Assembly (NCBI GenBank): GCA_044865955.1
Contig: JBIOTM010000084.1
Span: 1-55,165 of the forward strand
Direction: 5' to 3'
From: Actinomycetota bacterium
GTDB taxonomy: Bacteria > Actinomycetota > UBA4738 > HRBIN12
Length of the DNA stretch: 55,165 nucleotides
Under the pieces are notes generated by a model. It saw nothing but the letters and a program-made list of their open reading frames with translations, searched no databases and was not told where the DNA came from. The position numbers and the translations under genes are program-made. Of the stretch, positions 40,238-49,979 are shown in pieces. How positions within the stretch are numbered: position 1 is the stretch's first letter; each line of letters opens with the position of its first letter.

Positions 40238-43200
40238 CCCTTCTCGACCTCGGTCAGGCGAGCCCTGAGCGGGTCCAGGAGGACGAGGATCCCCTTGCGT
40301 TCGAAGAGATCGAGCGCGGCGCGCAGATGCCCGAGTCCTTCATCGCGCTCACCCTTCGCCAGCAGGATCTCGCCGAGCACGCGATGCGAATAGCCCTTCT
40401 CCAGCAGGAAGTCGGTCGGTCCCCCGAGCGCGATCGCGTCCCGAGCGGGCTGCTCGGCATCGTCGATGCGTCCCTGCCTCCGAAGGACCTCTGCGCGGAT
40501 CCGGCGGATCGCGATCAGGGTGATGGCGTCATCCTCGGCGGCTTGATCCTCGGCTTGCTGCACGACCGTCTCCGCTTCGTCGGGCCGGTCCTGCGCTACG
40601 ATCGCGTCGGCGAGGTAGGTCAACGACGTCGCCAGGTATCCGTGCTCGCCCATCTCACGGAGGCGCTCGATCCCCTCTCGCGCGAGGCGTTCAGTCTCCG
40701 CGTAGCGGCCGAGCATCAGGCCCGCCTCGATCTCAGGATGTGCGGCTGCGAGGTGCAGCCGCTGTCCGAGCTCGAGGGCGCGCGTGCGCGCCTGACCGAA
40801 ACGCTCGTCCGCGAGATCGATTTCCCCTCGCATCGCATGCGCCATGGCGAGCGCCAGACTCAGCTCATAGGAGTCGCTGCCGACGGCCTGCATCTCCCGC
40901 ACGAGCTGGCCCGCCCGTTCGATCACCTCTCCACTCGGAACCGGTCCCCAGACGAACGGGCCGAGGAATTCGTTGGCGGAAAGCCGGATCAGCCGCTCGG
41001 ATCCGGCGCGTTGGGCATGCGCGCGTCCCCGTTCGATGGCCTCGAGGGCTCCGGCGCCGTCGCCGAGCCAGAAGCGGTAGAGCCCCACGGTGGACCATCC
41101 CTCGGCCAATCCGAGATCATCGCGGACGGCCTCCAGCGTCTCGACCATGCCTTCGAGCTCTCTGAGGGCCGGTCGAAAGCCGAACTCTGGACCGAGGTGC
41201 GTGCGAACCAAGGCGCGAAGGATGGCGATGCGGGCGCCGATCGCCGCGGCGCCTGCCTCCGACGCTCTGATGGACGCGTCGTCGAGGAACTCGATCGTTC
41301 GCTCGAGCCGACCGGCGTAGTACAACGCCTGTCCCAGGGACGGCATCGCCGAGAGGGCACGGGGGTCGTCCGCGGGCAGGAGGGCCATCGCTCGCCCCAG
41401 GAGCCGTTCGGCCGCCGCAACGTCGCCACGGCCGAACGCACGCTCTCCGGCCGCGACCAGGTGTTCACCCGCGCGTGCCGCGACCGCCCGCCCGGCGTCG
41501 TCGACCGGACCGAGCTCCTCCCGGTACCGATACGACTGCTCCAGATGGTACCCGGCGAATTCGTCCAGCTCTCCGGCGGACCGAGCCTCGCGCTCGAGCC
41601 AGTCGGCGAACCCCTCGTGCAGCTCCGCCCGCAGCTCCTTCGGCATCGCGTCGTACACGGCGTCCCGAACCAGGAGGTGCCGGAACCGGTAGGCGTCCTC
41701 CTCGCCGAGGTCGCCACGGTCCGGGCGGACCAGATCCTTCCGGAGGAGGGCTCGGATGCCCTCGTCGACGTTGCCGGCCAGTTCCTCGCTCGCGAGCGAT
41801 CTGATCGAGGATGCGGCGAACACCTTGCCGATGATCGCGGCGCGCTCCAGCACGGCGCGCTCGACCGGATCGAGACGGTCGAGCCGGGCCGCGATCAGCG
41901 CCTGGACCGTGGGCGGCACCTTGACCTCCGACAGATCTCCGGCCGCGACCCACCGACGATCCTCGCGGACGAGGTAGCCGTCGTCGATCAGCATCGCGAC
42001 CATCTCCTCGACGAACAGGGGGTTGCCTTCGGCGGCCTCGGCCACCCGCGCCGACACGTCGCCGGCGGCCTCCGCGTCACCGATCAGATCGGTGACCAGC
42101 TCGACCGTCTCGGCCTCGGTCAGCGGTTCCAGCAGGATCGAGGTCGCGTTCGCGACACCGCCGCCCCAGCCGGGACGGTCGTCGCGGAGCTCGGGCCGCG
42201 CCTGGGCGAGGACCAGGATCGGGGCGTCCCGTGACCACTCCGCGACATGCTCCACGAGGTCCAGGAACGTCGATTCGGCCCATTGGAGATCGTCCAGGAG
42301 CAGCAGCAGCGGTCGACGGGCGGCGAGGATCTCCAGGGTCCGACGCAGGGCCCAGAACGACTCTTCCACGGGCGCCTCGGTCTCGGAGAGGCCGATGAGG
42401 CCGGCGACCAGGTCGGCGATCCGGTCCGAGCGTTCGCCGGGCCCGATCACGGTGAGCAGCTTCTTCCGCGCGCCCTGGGGAGGGTCGAGGATCGAGAGCC
42501 CGGCCGCCTGGCCGACCAGCTCGACCACCGGCCAGAACGTGATGCCGTCCCCGTAGGGCAGGCACCGTCCGCGGAGGACGGTGGCGTCGGCCTCGACCTT
42601 CGTGGCGAACTCCTCCACGAGCCTCGTCTTTCCGGCACCGGCGGCGCCCAGGACCGTGAAGAGATGACACGCGCGATCCGTGGTGGCCCGCTCGAACGCC
42701 TGCCGGAGCAACGCCAGCTCACGGTCCCGGCCGACCATCGGCGCGTCCAGCCGGCGCGTGTGGCCGGCGGCACCGGGCGTCACGTCCTCGAGCCGGTACG
42801 CGGCCACAGGCTCCGTCTTGCCCTTCGCTGCGACCGGATCCGCCGGCTCCGCCCTGACCGCGTCGCGGGTGAGTCGGTACGTGTCCACCCCGATCAGGAC
42901 CTCGCCGGGAGCCGCCTCCTGCTCCAGGCGGGCCGCGGTGTTGACGGCGTCGCCCGTCACCAACGCCTGACCGGTCGGATCCCCGGTCACGACCTCACCG
43001 GTGTTGACCCCGATCCGCGCTGCGAGCGTCACGCCGCGATCGCGCTCGAGCTCCTTGTTGAGGTCCTTCAGCCCCTCGCGCATCTCGACGGCCGCTCGCA
43101 CGGCTCGGAGCGCATCGTCCTCGTGGACCTGCGGGATGCCGAAGACGGCCATCACCGCGTCGCCGATGAACTTCTCCACGGTGCCGCCGTGGTGCTCGAT

Positions 43201-43422
43201 GGCCGCCTTCATCGCGTCGAAGTAGCGAGCCATCACCCGGCGGAGGGTCTCGGGGTCCAACCGCTCCCCGAGGGCCGTCGAACCGGTCACGTCGCAGAAG
43301 ACGATCGTGACGGTCTTGCGGATCTCGCGGCCCGCGTCCGCCGTGGCGAGGGATGCCGCGCAGGACATGCAGAACCTCGCCTCGTCCGGGTTCTCCGTCC
43401 CGCAGTTGGGGCACGTCCGCAT
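40234..43422 (-). CDS. Class III nucleotidyl cyclase-STAND ATPase-TPR protein (copy 3)
   Basis: Zinc ribbon, VFCDVTGST, EKFIGDAV, GDAVNTAARL, GAAGAGKT, LLDDLQW, EGNPLF. Confidence 0.93.
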   Translation of the reverse strand: MRTCPNCGTENPDEARFCMSCAASLATADAGREIRKTVTIVFCDVTGSTALGERLDPETLRRVMARYFDAMKAAIEHHGGTVEKFIGDAVMAVFGIPQVHEDDALRAVRAAVEMREGLKDLNKELERDRGVTLAARIGVNTGEVVTGDPTGQALVTGDAVNTAARLEQEAAPGEVLIGVDTYRLTRDAVRAEPADPVAAKGKTEPVAAYRLEDVTPGAAGHTRRLDAPMVGRDRELALLRQAFERATTDRACHLFTVLGAAGAGKTRLVEEFATKVEADATVLRGRCLPYGDGITFWPVVELVGQAAGLSILDPPQGARKKLLTVIGPGERSDRIADLVAGLIGLSETEAPVEESFWALRRTLEILAARRPLLLLLDDLQWAESTFLDLVEHVAEWSRDAPILVLAQARPELRDDRPGWGGGVANATSILLEPLTEAETVELVTDLIGDAEAAGDVSARVAEAAEGNPLFVEEMVAMLIDDGYLVREDRRWVAAGDLSEVKVPPTVQALIAARLDRLDPVERAVLERAAIIGKVFAASSIRSLASEELAGNVDEGIRALLRKDLVRPDRGDLGEEDAYRFRHLLVRDAVYDAMPKELRAELHEGFADWLEREARSAGELDEFAGYHLEQSYRYREELGPVDDAGRAVAARAGEHLVAAGERAFGRGDVAAAERLLGRAMALLPADDPRALSAMPSLGQALYYAGRLERTIEFLDDASIRASEAGAAAIGARIAILRALVRTHLGPEFGFRPALRELEGMVETLEAVRDDLGLAEGWSTVGLYRFWLGDGAGALEAIERGRAHAQRAGSERLIRLSANEFLGPFVWGPVPSGEVIERAGQLVREMQAVGSDSYELSLALAMAHAMRGEIDLADERFGQARTRALELGQRLHLAAAHPEIEAGLMLGRYAETERLAREGIERLREMGEHGYLATSLTYLADAIVAQDRPDEAETVVQQAEDQAAEDDAITLIAIRRIRAEVLRRQGRIDDAEQPARDAIALGGPTDFLLEKGYSHRVLGEILLAKGERDEGLGHLRAALDLFERKGILVLLDPLRARLTEVEKG

Positions 43423-43460
43423 GGCCGCGAGTCTAGGCGAGGCCTGTCGGGCGGGAGGTC

Positions 43461-45365
43461 CTAGGCGATCGGAGCGGGGATCCCGTCGGGATCGGCTTCG
43501 TCGAAGATGCCGGAGCCGAAGTCGGCCTCGAGGTCACGACCGGCCAACGTGTCCAGGAAGGAGGTGGCGAAGACCGCCGCGAACTGCTGGCGGTCGAGGA
43601 GGTCCTGCTCGATCGCGTCGCGCGGCACGTACGGGCCGATGTTCCGGCGGTAGGGGTAGTCCCGGAGGAACGAGGCCACGTCCTCCCGCGTGGCGCCCGC
43701 GTCCCACAGCACGTCGGGATGCAGGTACACCTCGGAGGGCACGACGTTCTGGACCACGCCGAAGAGCCCGCCGCCGAACTCGCGCTCGAGGTCGCCCCAG
43801 AGCTGGATCGGATCCAGGCGTACCCCGCCGGCCGCGTCCGGGAGCGGGCACTGGCCGTGGTCCGCGGTCACGATCAGCGCGTACCGGCCGGGGTAGAGGT
43901 CGTCGAGCTGTGCCACCAGCCGGCCCAGCTGCTCGTCGACGTCGCGGAGCGCGTCCCCCGTCATCGGGTCGTACATCCCGTAGACGTGACCGGTGTAGTC
44001 GGGCGACTTGTAGTTGACGAAGAGCAGGCCCGGCGCGTCGGCCGAGCCGACCGGTTCGTTCGCGAGGGTGGCCTCGATCACGTCGCCCTGGTAGCGGATC
44101 ACGGGGGTGCTGCAGCAGTGGAGGTTCTTGGGCTTCGTCGGGTCGAAGGCCGGGTTCCGGTCGGGGTCCGGGGTGTAGGCCTCCTGGTACGCCGCGAAGG
44201 TGTCGAGCGACGGCATCCCGTCGGGCAGCCGGAACAGCTCCTCGTTGTGGCTGCGCCAGTCCTGGGGGTCGCCGGTCTCGTCCCAGTAGACGGCGACGGG
44301 AAGGTCGTCGCCGCTCCGACGGCGGGCGCCGAAGCCGAGCATCCCCAGGTGCCAGACCTGGTAGCCGAGCTCGCCCACCCACGCGCGACCCGAGGTGACG
44401 TCGCTCCACAGGTCCGCCAGCGTGGGCACGAGGATGTCGCCCGGGTCGGCGCGGCCCGGCACGCCGTAGGCCTTCCGCACCTTGCTCCCGTCGCGGATGT
44501 TGTGGCCGGTGATCCCGTGCGTCCGCGGGAACGCGCCGGTGCCGATCGTGGCGTGCGCGGACGCGGTGACGGCCGGGAACGAGCCGTGGAGCGCGTTCCG
44601 GTACGTGGCGCCCTCGCCCATCAGCCGCCTGAGGTGCGGCCACGCATCGGGGTACCGATGGAGGACGTTCCACCCTCCGCCGTCGATCACGAACGTCACC
44701 ACGAGCTCCGGCCTGGTGTCGGGCCGGCCGATGTCGGGGAGCATCCGTCCCTCGCGCCCGAGGGAGAGGAACCCGTCGAAGCCGACCAGTCCGGCCATCG
44801 TCGGCGCGATGTCGGCGAGCGAGACGCGCTCATCGGAGTCGGAGGGATCGATCCCGGCCCCGTACACGACCAGCGGGATCCGCTCGAGGTACATCCAGAC
44901 GCTCGCGTGGCTGGTCCGGGGGTCGCGCGGGACCAGCGAGACCGATTCCTGCGGGTAGTTCGAGCTGTTGAAGGGAGACACGAGGAGCTGGAGGTCGCCG
45001 CTCCGCCCCGGGTGGTACGCGCGTGCGACGAGCTCCATGTACTCGGCGCCCAGGTCGCGCGCCATCGCCTCCTGCACCGGGCGGGGATCCGGGCGCGTCA
45101 CCCGCCTGATCGCGCGCCCGAGCGCCGCGCCGCCCGTCGCGGCGGCGGCCCCGAGTACCCCGGCGAGGGCCAGCAGCCGCCGCCGCGACGGGTCGGTGGG
45201 CGAGTCGATCCGCAGGATGGCCCGCGTCGCGAGGATGGCCACGGCCAGGCAGGTGATCCCGGCCATCGCGCCCAACAGCGCGCTGCCGGCCAGTCCCACC
45301 CCCACGGCGACCACGGTCGCGAGCAGGACGAGGGCGACGAGCATCGGTGTTCGACGGTGCGTCAC
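43461..45365 (-). CDS. Alkaline phosphatase superfamily protein (PafA/NPP type), apparently circularly permuted
   Basis: VIDG, Thr nucleophile region FPAVTASAHATIGTG, DYTGH, TADHG. The His...IPL...DIAPT block lies N-terminal to them. N-terminal TM helices and SRRRLL. Confidence 0.85.
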   Translation of the reverse strand: MTHRRTPMLVALVLLATVVAVGVGLAGSALLGAMAGITCLAVAILATRAILRIDSPTDPSRRRLLALAGVLGAAAATGGAALGRAIRRVTRPDPRPVQEAMARDLGAEYMELVARAYHPGRSGDLQLLVSPFNSSNYPQESVSLVPRDPRTSHASVWMYLERIPLVVYGAGIDPSDSDERVSLADIAPTMAGLVGFDGFLSLGREGRMLPDIGRPDTRPELVVTFVIDGGGWNVLHRYPDAWPHLRRLMGEGATYRNALHGSFPAVTASAHATIGTGAFPRTHGITGHNIRDGSKVRKAYGVPGRADPGDILVPTLADLWSDVTSGRAWVGELGYQVWHLGMLGFGARRRSGDDLPVAVYWDETGDPQDWRSHNEELFRLPDGMPSLDTFAAYQEAYTPDPDRNPAFDPTKPKNLHCCSTPVIRYQGDVIEATLANEPVGSADAPGLLFVNYKSPDYTGHVYGMYDPMTGDALRDVDEQLGRLVAQLDDLYPGRYALIVTADHGQCPLPDAAGGVRLDPIQLWGDLEREFGGGLFGVVQNVVPSEVYLHPDVLWDAGATREDVASFLRDYPYRRNIGPYVPRDAIEQDLLDRQQFAAVFATSFLDTLAGRDLEADFGSGIFDEADPDGIPAPIA

Positions 45366-45399
45366 GTCGCCTCTGATTGTCGCAAAGGCGGGGCGGGGG

Positions 45400-46593
45400 C
45401 TAGGTGCGCTTGCGGGCGAGGTCGAGGAAGGGTGTCGGGACCACGGTGGCGCCGACGTTACCGCGCTCGCCCTCCACGGTCCATTCGACGGAGAGCCGCG
45501 TCCCGGGCGCGTCGAGCCCCCTGGTCACCGAGCCGAAGCCGACCATCTTCTTGATCGTCGGCCCCCACACGACCGACGTGGCACGCCCGACCTGCCGGCC
45601 CTCCCTCGAGACCGGCACCGGAGCCCGCCGCACGGCCGGTGAGATCTGCGGGGCCAGCCCATGTCGGGCGTACATCCCCTCGATCCCCGACCAATCGAGC
45701 TCCAGACCGACGAGCCGCCGCGCCGGCCCTCCGGCCTCCCGTTCGGCTAGGAGCGCCCGGCGCCCCGTGAACGCAGCTCCCTTCTCGAACGTGACGAACC
45801 GACCCAGGCCGATCTCGAACGGCGAGTACTTCAGCTCGGGCGCGAACGCGTGTCGGGCGCTGGTGTACTCGGCCTCGATCAGGATGAGGCTCGCCTCGAC
45901 CCGGCAGATGTCCAGCGCCTGGATCCCTGCGGGCCGGATCCCGTACGCCGCGCCGGCCTCGAAGAGCCGGTCCCAGACGGGGAGCGCCCCCTCCGCCGGG
46001 ATCCACACCTCGTAGCCGAGGTCGCCGGTGTAGCCGGTCCGCGTCACGTCCAGGTCGACGCCGGCGATCGTGGCCGGGCGCCGGCGGAAGTATCCGAGGT
46101 CGGACCAGTCCCCGCCGGTGGCGGCCTCCAGGACGTGCCGTGAGAGCCGGCCCTGCAGCGCCAGCCCCGCCGTCTCCTCGGAGGTGTCGCGGACGATCGC
46201 GTCCAGCCCCGTCGCGTTCAGCAGGAACCACCGATACGACGGGTCGGCGGCCGTGACGCGGAACCGGTTCCGGTCGAGCCTCGTCACGGTGCCGTCGTCG
46301 ATGACTTTGCCCTCCTCGTCGCACCAGGGCGTGTAGACGACCTGGTCGATGACCATCCGCGAGACGTCGCGGGTCACCACGCGGTCGAGGAGCGCCACCG
46401 CGTCCGGCCCCGACACCTCGTACTTGTAGAGGGGCGATACGTCGATCACGGCCGCGGCCTCCCGGACCGCGTTGTACTCGATGTCGACGGAGTCGGCGAA
46501 CACGGCGGCGGCGTGGTACCCGGACCATTCGCCCCACGAGAGCTTCGCGTTCAGGCCCCGCTGCCGCTCGAAGAAGGCGCTGCCGACGCTCAT
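45400..46593 (-). CDS. GcvT-family aminomethyltransferase-like protein
   Basis: EYNAVRE.A..IDVSPLYK, GKVIDDG, LALQG, TRTGYTGDLGYE, RVEA. Confidence 0.9.
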   Translation of the reverse strand: MSVGSAFFERQRGLNAKLSWGEWSGYHAAAVFADSVDIEYNAVREAAAVIDVSPLYKYEVSGPDAVALLDRVVTRDVSRMVIDQVVYTPWCDEEGKVIDDGTVTRLDRNRFRVTAADPSYRWFLLNATGLDAIVRDTSEETAGLALQGRLSRHVLEAATGGDWSDLGYFRRRPATIAGVDLDVTRTGYTGDLGYEVWIPAEGALPVWDRLFEAGAAYGIRPAGIQALDICRVEASLILIEAEYTSARHAFAPELKYSPFEIGLGRFVTFEKGAAFTGRRALLAEREAGGPARRLVGLELDWSGIEGMYARHGLAPQISPAVRRAPVPVSREGRQVGRATSVVWGPTIKKMVGFGSVTRGLDAPGTRLSVEWTVEGERGNVGATVVPTPFLDLARKRT

Positions 46594-46691
46594 CGCGGCC
46601 AAGGGTATCGCCGCTCCATCCGATCGGCGGGCGGCGCCCCGCGGAGGCGTTCGGATAGCCTCTCTCGACGACCCGGATCCCCGGAGGGACG

Positions 46692-48305
46692 ATGCCGCAG
46701 AGGTACGACGCGATCGTGATCGGCGCCGGACACAACGGCCTCGTCACGGCCGCGTACCTGGCGAAGGCCGGCACGAAGGTCCTCGTCCTCGAACGACGGG
46801 ACGTCCTCGGCGGGGCAGCGGTCTCCGAGGAGATCGTCCCCGGGTACCGGTTCAGCGTGTTCTCCTACGTCGTCTCCCTCCTCAGGCCGGAGATCATCCG
46901 TGAGCTCGAGCTGCCGAGGCACGGCCTCGAGATCCTGCCGCTGGACGGCACCATCACGCCGCTCGAGGGTGACTCCCTCTGGCGCGTGAACGACCACGGC
47001 CGCACGGTCCGCGAGCTCCGACGCTGGTCGTTGAACGACGCCGAGGCGTACGAGGAGTACGGGCCGTTGATGGCCGAGATGGCTCGGTTCATCAAGCCGA
47101 TCCTCTCGATCGTCCCTCCCGACCCGGGGGAGGTGTCGATCCGCGATTGGCTCCCCTTGACACCGCTCGCGAAGACGTTCAGGGACCTCCCGGAACGCCT
47201 GCAGACCACCTTCATCCAGCTCATGACGATGTCGGCGGCGGACTTCCTCGACCAGTGGTTCGAGACGGATCCGTTGAAAGCCACGATGAGCGCCTCCGGG
47301 ATCATCGGCACGTTCCAGGGACCCCGCTCACCCGGGACGGCCTACGTCCTCCTCCACCACTACATGGGTGAGATCGACGGAGCCTTCCGCGCGTGGGGGG
47401 TCCCACGGGGAGGGACGGGCAGCATCTCGGACGCGATCGCCGATGCCGCCATGGCCCACGGTGCGGAGATCCGTCTCGAGGCGCCGGTCGCGAGGATCGA
47501 CGTGACCGACGGCAGGGCGACCGGCGTCACGCTGGAGTCGGGCGAACGGATCGAGGCCGCGATCGTGCTGTCCTCCCTCGACCCGCGCTGGACGTTCGTG
47601 AAGCTGCTCGAGGACGGCGTCCTCGATCCGGTGTTCAAGCACGAGGTGCTCCGCTACAAGTACCGCGGGTCGAGCGGGAAGGTGAACCTCGCCCTGGACG
47701 GCCTCCCCGAGCTCGCCTGTAGGCCGGGCGCGGGGGAGTGGCTCCGGGGCGCGATCTCGTTCTCCCCCTCGATCGACTACCTCGAGCGCGCCTACGACGA
47801 CGCGAAGTACGGGCGGCCGTCGCGCCGCCCCTACGTGGACATGATCATCCCGACCCTCCTCGACCCGACGATGGCCCCGCCCGGGGGTCACGTGATGAGC
47901 TGCTTCGTCCAGTACGCCCCCTACCGGCTGGCGGGGGACGACGTGTGGGACGACGCCAAGCGCGAGGCCTTCGGGCAGAACGTGATCGACACGATCGAGG
48001 AGCGGTTCCCGACGATCCGCCGGCACATCGTCGGCGCCCAGTTCATCACCCCCAAGGACATCGAGGACATCACGGGGCTGACGGAGGGGAACATCTTCCA
48101 GGGCGAGCTGTCCCTGGAGCAGCTGTTCTTCAACCGCCCGGTCCCGGGGTGGGCCCGGTACCGGACGCCCGTGCGCGACCTGTGGATGTGCGGCTCGGCG
48201 ACGCATCCGGGCGGCGGGATCATGGGCGCCCCCGGCAGGATCGCGGCGCTGGAGGCCCTGAAGGAGAAGAAGCGCGGCCAAGGGAACAGATGGAGGGCGG
48301 CCTAG
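46692..48305 (+). CDS. Phytoene-dehydrogenase-like FAD-dependent oxidoreductase (A)
   Basis: IGAGHNGL, GGTGSIS, GNIFQGE, THPGGGIMGAPG. Confidence 0.9.
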   Translation: MPQRYDAIVIGAGHNGLVTAAYLAKAGTKVLVLERRDVLGGAAVSEEIVPGYRFSVFSYVVSLLRPEIIRELELPRHGLEILPLDGTITPLEGDSLWRVNDHGRTVRELRRWSLNDAEAYEEYGPLMAEMARFIKPILSIVPPDPGEVSIRDWLPLTPLAKTFRDLPERLQTTFIQLMTMSAADFLDQWFETDPLKATMSASGIIGTFQGPRSPGTAYVLLHHYMGEIDGAFRAWGVPRGGTGSISDAIADAAMAHGAEIRLEAPVARIDVTDGRATGVTLESGERIEAAIVLSSLDPRWTFVKLLEDGVLDPVFKHEVLRYKYRGSSGKVNLALDGLPELACRPGAGEWLRGAISFSPSIDYLERAYDDAKYGRPSRRPYVDMIIPTLLDPTMAPPGGHVMSCFVQYAPYRLAGDDVWDDAKREAFGQNVIDTIEERFPTIRRHIVGAQFITPKDIEDITGLTEGNIFQGELSLEQLFFNRPVPGWARYRTPVRDLWMCGSATHPGGGIMGAPGRIAALEALKEKKRGQGNRWRAA

Positions 48306-49883
48306 GTGTCCCCGCGAGGCGACGCCGTCGTGATCGGCGCCGGCCACAACGGGCTGGTCGCCGCGTCGTACCTCGCGCGCTCGGGCCGCACGGTCACGGT
48401 GCTGGAGCGTGCCGACGAGGTCGGCGGCATCCTCCGCGGCGGCCAGCTCGCGCCGGGGTTCAGGGCGCCGGGCATCGCGCACACGATCGGGCGCCTCCGC
48501 CGGTCGATCGTGGAGGACCTGCGGCTGCACGAGCACGGGCTGGAGCTGCTCACGCCGGCCGTACGGATGTTCGCCCCGCAGCCCGACGGGCCCGGGGTGA
48601 CGTTCTGGAGCGACCCGGCGCGGACGGCCGAGGAGCTCCGCGCTCGGACGCCGAACGACGCCGAGGCGTTCATCGACTTCGACAGGAAGGTGCGGGCGGT
48701 CGCGTCCTTCCTCGCCTACGTGAACGTGGCCACGCCCCCGGACATCCACACGCCGACGATCGGCGACGCGATCGCGGGGCTCAAGATGGGCTGGCGGTTC
48801 CGGCGGCTGGGGGCGACGAACGGTCGCGAGGCGATCCGCGCTCTGCCGATGGCGGTGGCTGACCTGGTCCAGGAGGTCTTCGAGGACGAGGCGGTCCGAG
48901 GGCCGCTCAGCACCCGCGGCGTCTTGTTCACCGCCTTCGGCCCGTGGTCCGCGGGCACGGCATCGGTGTTCCTGAACGACTCGGCGGGCAACGACGGGGG
49001 CGCGGCGGGCACTGCGGTGCTCGCCCGCGGCGGGACCCAGGCGCTGGCGGACGCCCTCGCCTCCGCGGCGAGGGCGTCCGGCGTGGAGATCCGTACCGGG
49101 TCGGAGGTGGCGCAGATCCGCTCGAGCGGCGGACGCGTCCGGGGGGTGACGCTCACCGACGGGACCGAGCTCGACGCCGGACTGGTCGTGTCGGCGGCCG
49201 ATCCGAAACGGACGCTCGGGCTCTGCGACCCGGTGGAGCTCGGCCCGACGATGGCGTGGCGCGCGAGCAACATCCGCCAGCCCGGCGCCACCGGCAAGGT
49301 GAACCTGGCGCTCTCGGGCCTGCCTGCGTTCCATGAGGACCCCGGGCGGCTGCGGGGGAGGATCGTGATCGGTCCGTCGATCGACTACGTCGAGCGCGCT
49401 TCGGATGCCGGGAAGTACGGCCGTCTCGCGGACGAGCCCTGGATCGAAGCGATGATCCCCTCCCTCCTGGACCCGTCGCTGGCTCCCGAGGGGAAGCACG
49501 TGATGAGCGTGCTCGTGCAGGCGGCCCCGAGGCATCTCCGCGAAGGCGATTGGACGAGCGAGCGTGAGCGCCTCGGCGACGTCGCCGTGAAGACGCTCGA
49601 GCGGTTCGCGCCCGGTCTGGGCGAGCTCGTGGAGGCGAGGCAGATCGTCACGCCCGAGGACCTCGAGACCGACTACGCCCTGACGGGCGGCCACGTCCAG
49701 CACGCCGAGCCGGGATTGGATCAGTTCTTCGCCTGGCGGCCGCTGAACGGCGAGGCGCGCTACCGCTTCGTCCTCGACGGCCTGTACCTCGCCGGCTCGG
49801 GAGCCCACCCGGGCGGCGGGGTCACCGGCGGACCCGGGGCGAACGCCGCCCGCCAGATCCAGAGGGACGCACGGCGGCGCTGA
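48306..49883 (+). CDS. Phytoene-dehydrogenase-like FAD-dependent oxidoreductase (B)
   Basis: IGAGHNGL, AHPGGGVTGGPG; paralog that directly abuts A. Confidence 0.9.
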   Translation: MSPRGDAVVIGAGHNGLVAASYLARSGRTVTVLERADEVGGILRGGQLAPGFRAPGIAHTIGRLRRSIVEDLRLHEHGLELLTPAVRMFAPQPDGPGVTFWSDPARTAEELRARTPNDAEAFIDFDRKVRAVASFLAYVNVATPPDIHTPTIGDAIAGLKMGWRFRRLGATNGREAIRALPMAVADLVQEVFEDEAVRGPLSTRGVLFTAFGPWSAGTASVFLNDSAGNDGGAAGTAVLARGGTQALADALASAARASGVEIRTGSEVAQIRSSGGRVRGVTLTDGTELDAGLVVSAADPKRTLGLCDPVELGPTMAWRASNIRQPGATGKVNLALSGLPAFHEDPGRLRGRIVIGPSIDYVERASDAGKYGRLADEPWIEAMIPSLLDPSLAPEGKHVMSVLVQAAPRHLREGDWTSERERLGDVAVKTLERFAPGLGELVEARQIVTPEDLETDYALTGGHVQHAEPGLDQFFAWRPLNGEARYRFVLDGLYLAGSGAHPGGGVTGGPGANAARQIQRDARRR

Positions 49884-49896
49884 CCCCGGGCTCGAC

Positions 49897-49921
49897 GTTT
49901 CGAACGCGGTCATCTGGGTAA
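49897..49921 (+). promoter_or_regulatory. Possible SigB/SigF-type promoter of the subtilase gene
   Basis: GTTT-N15-GGGTAA. Confidence 0.4.
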
Positions 49922-49979
49922 CCCCACCTGCGCCGAGAGGGGGTATCCGACGTCCCCCCGTGACGGATCGGAGGCATGG

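Noticed and set aside
46692-49883. Carotenoid biosynthesis (crtI) call
   Set aside because: No crtB/crtE nearby, and the GcvT-like neighbour points to a different function.
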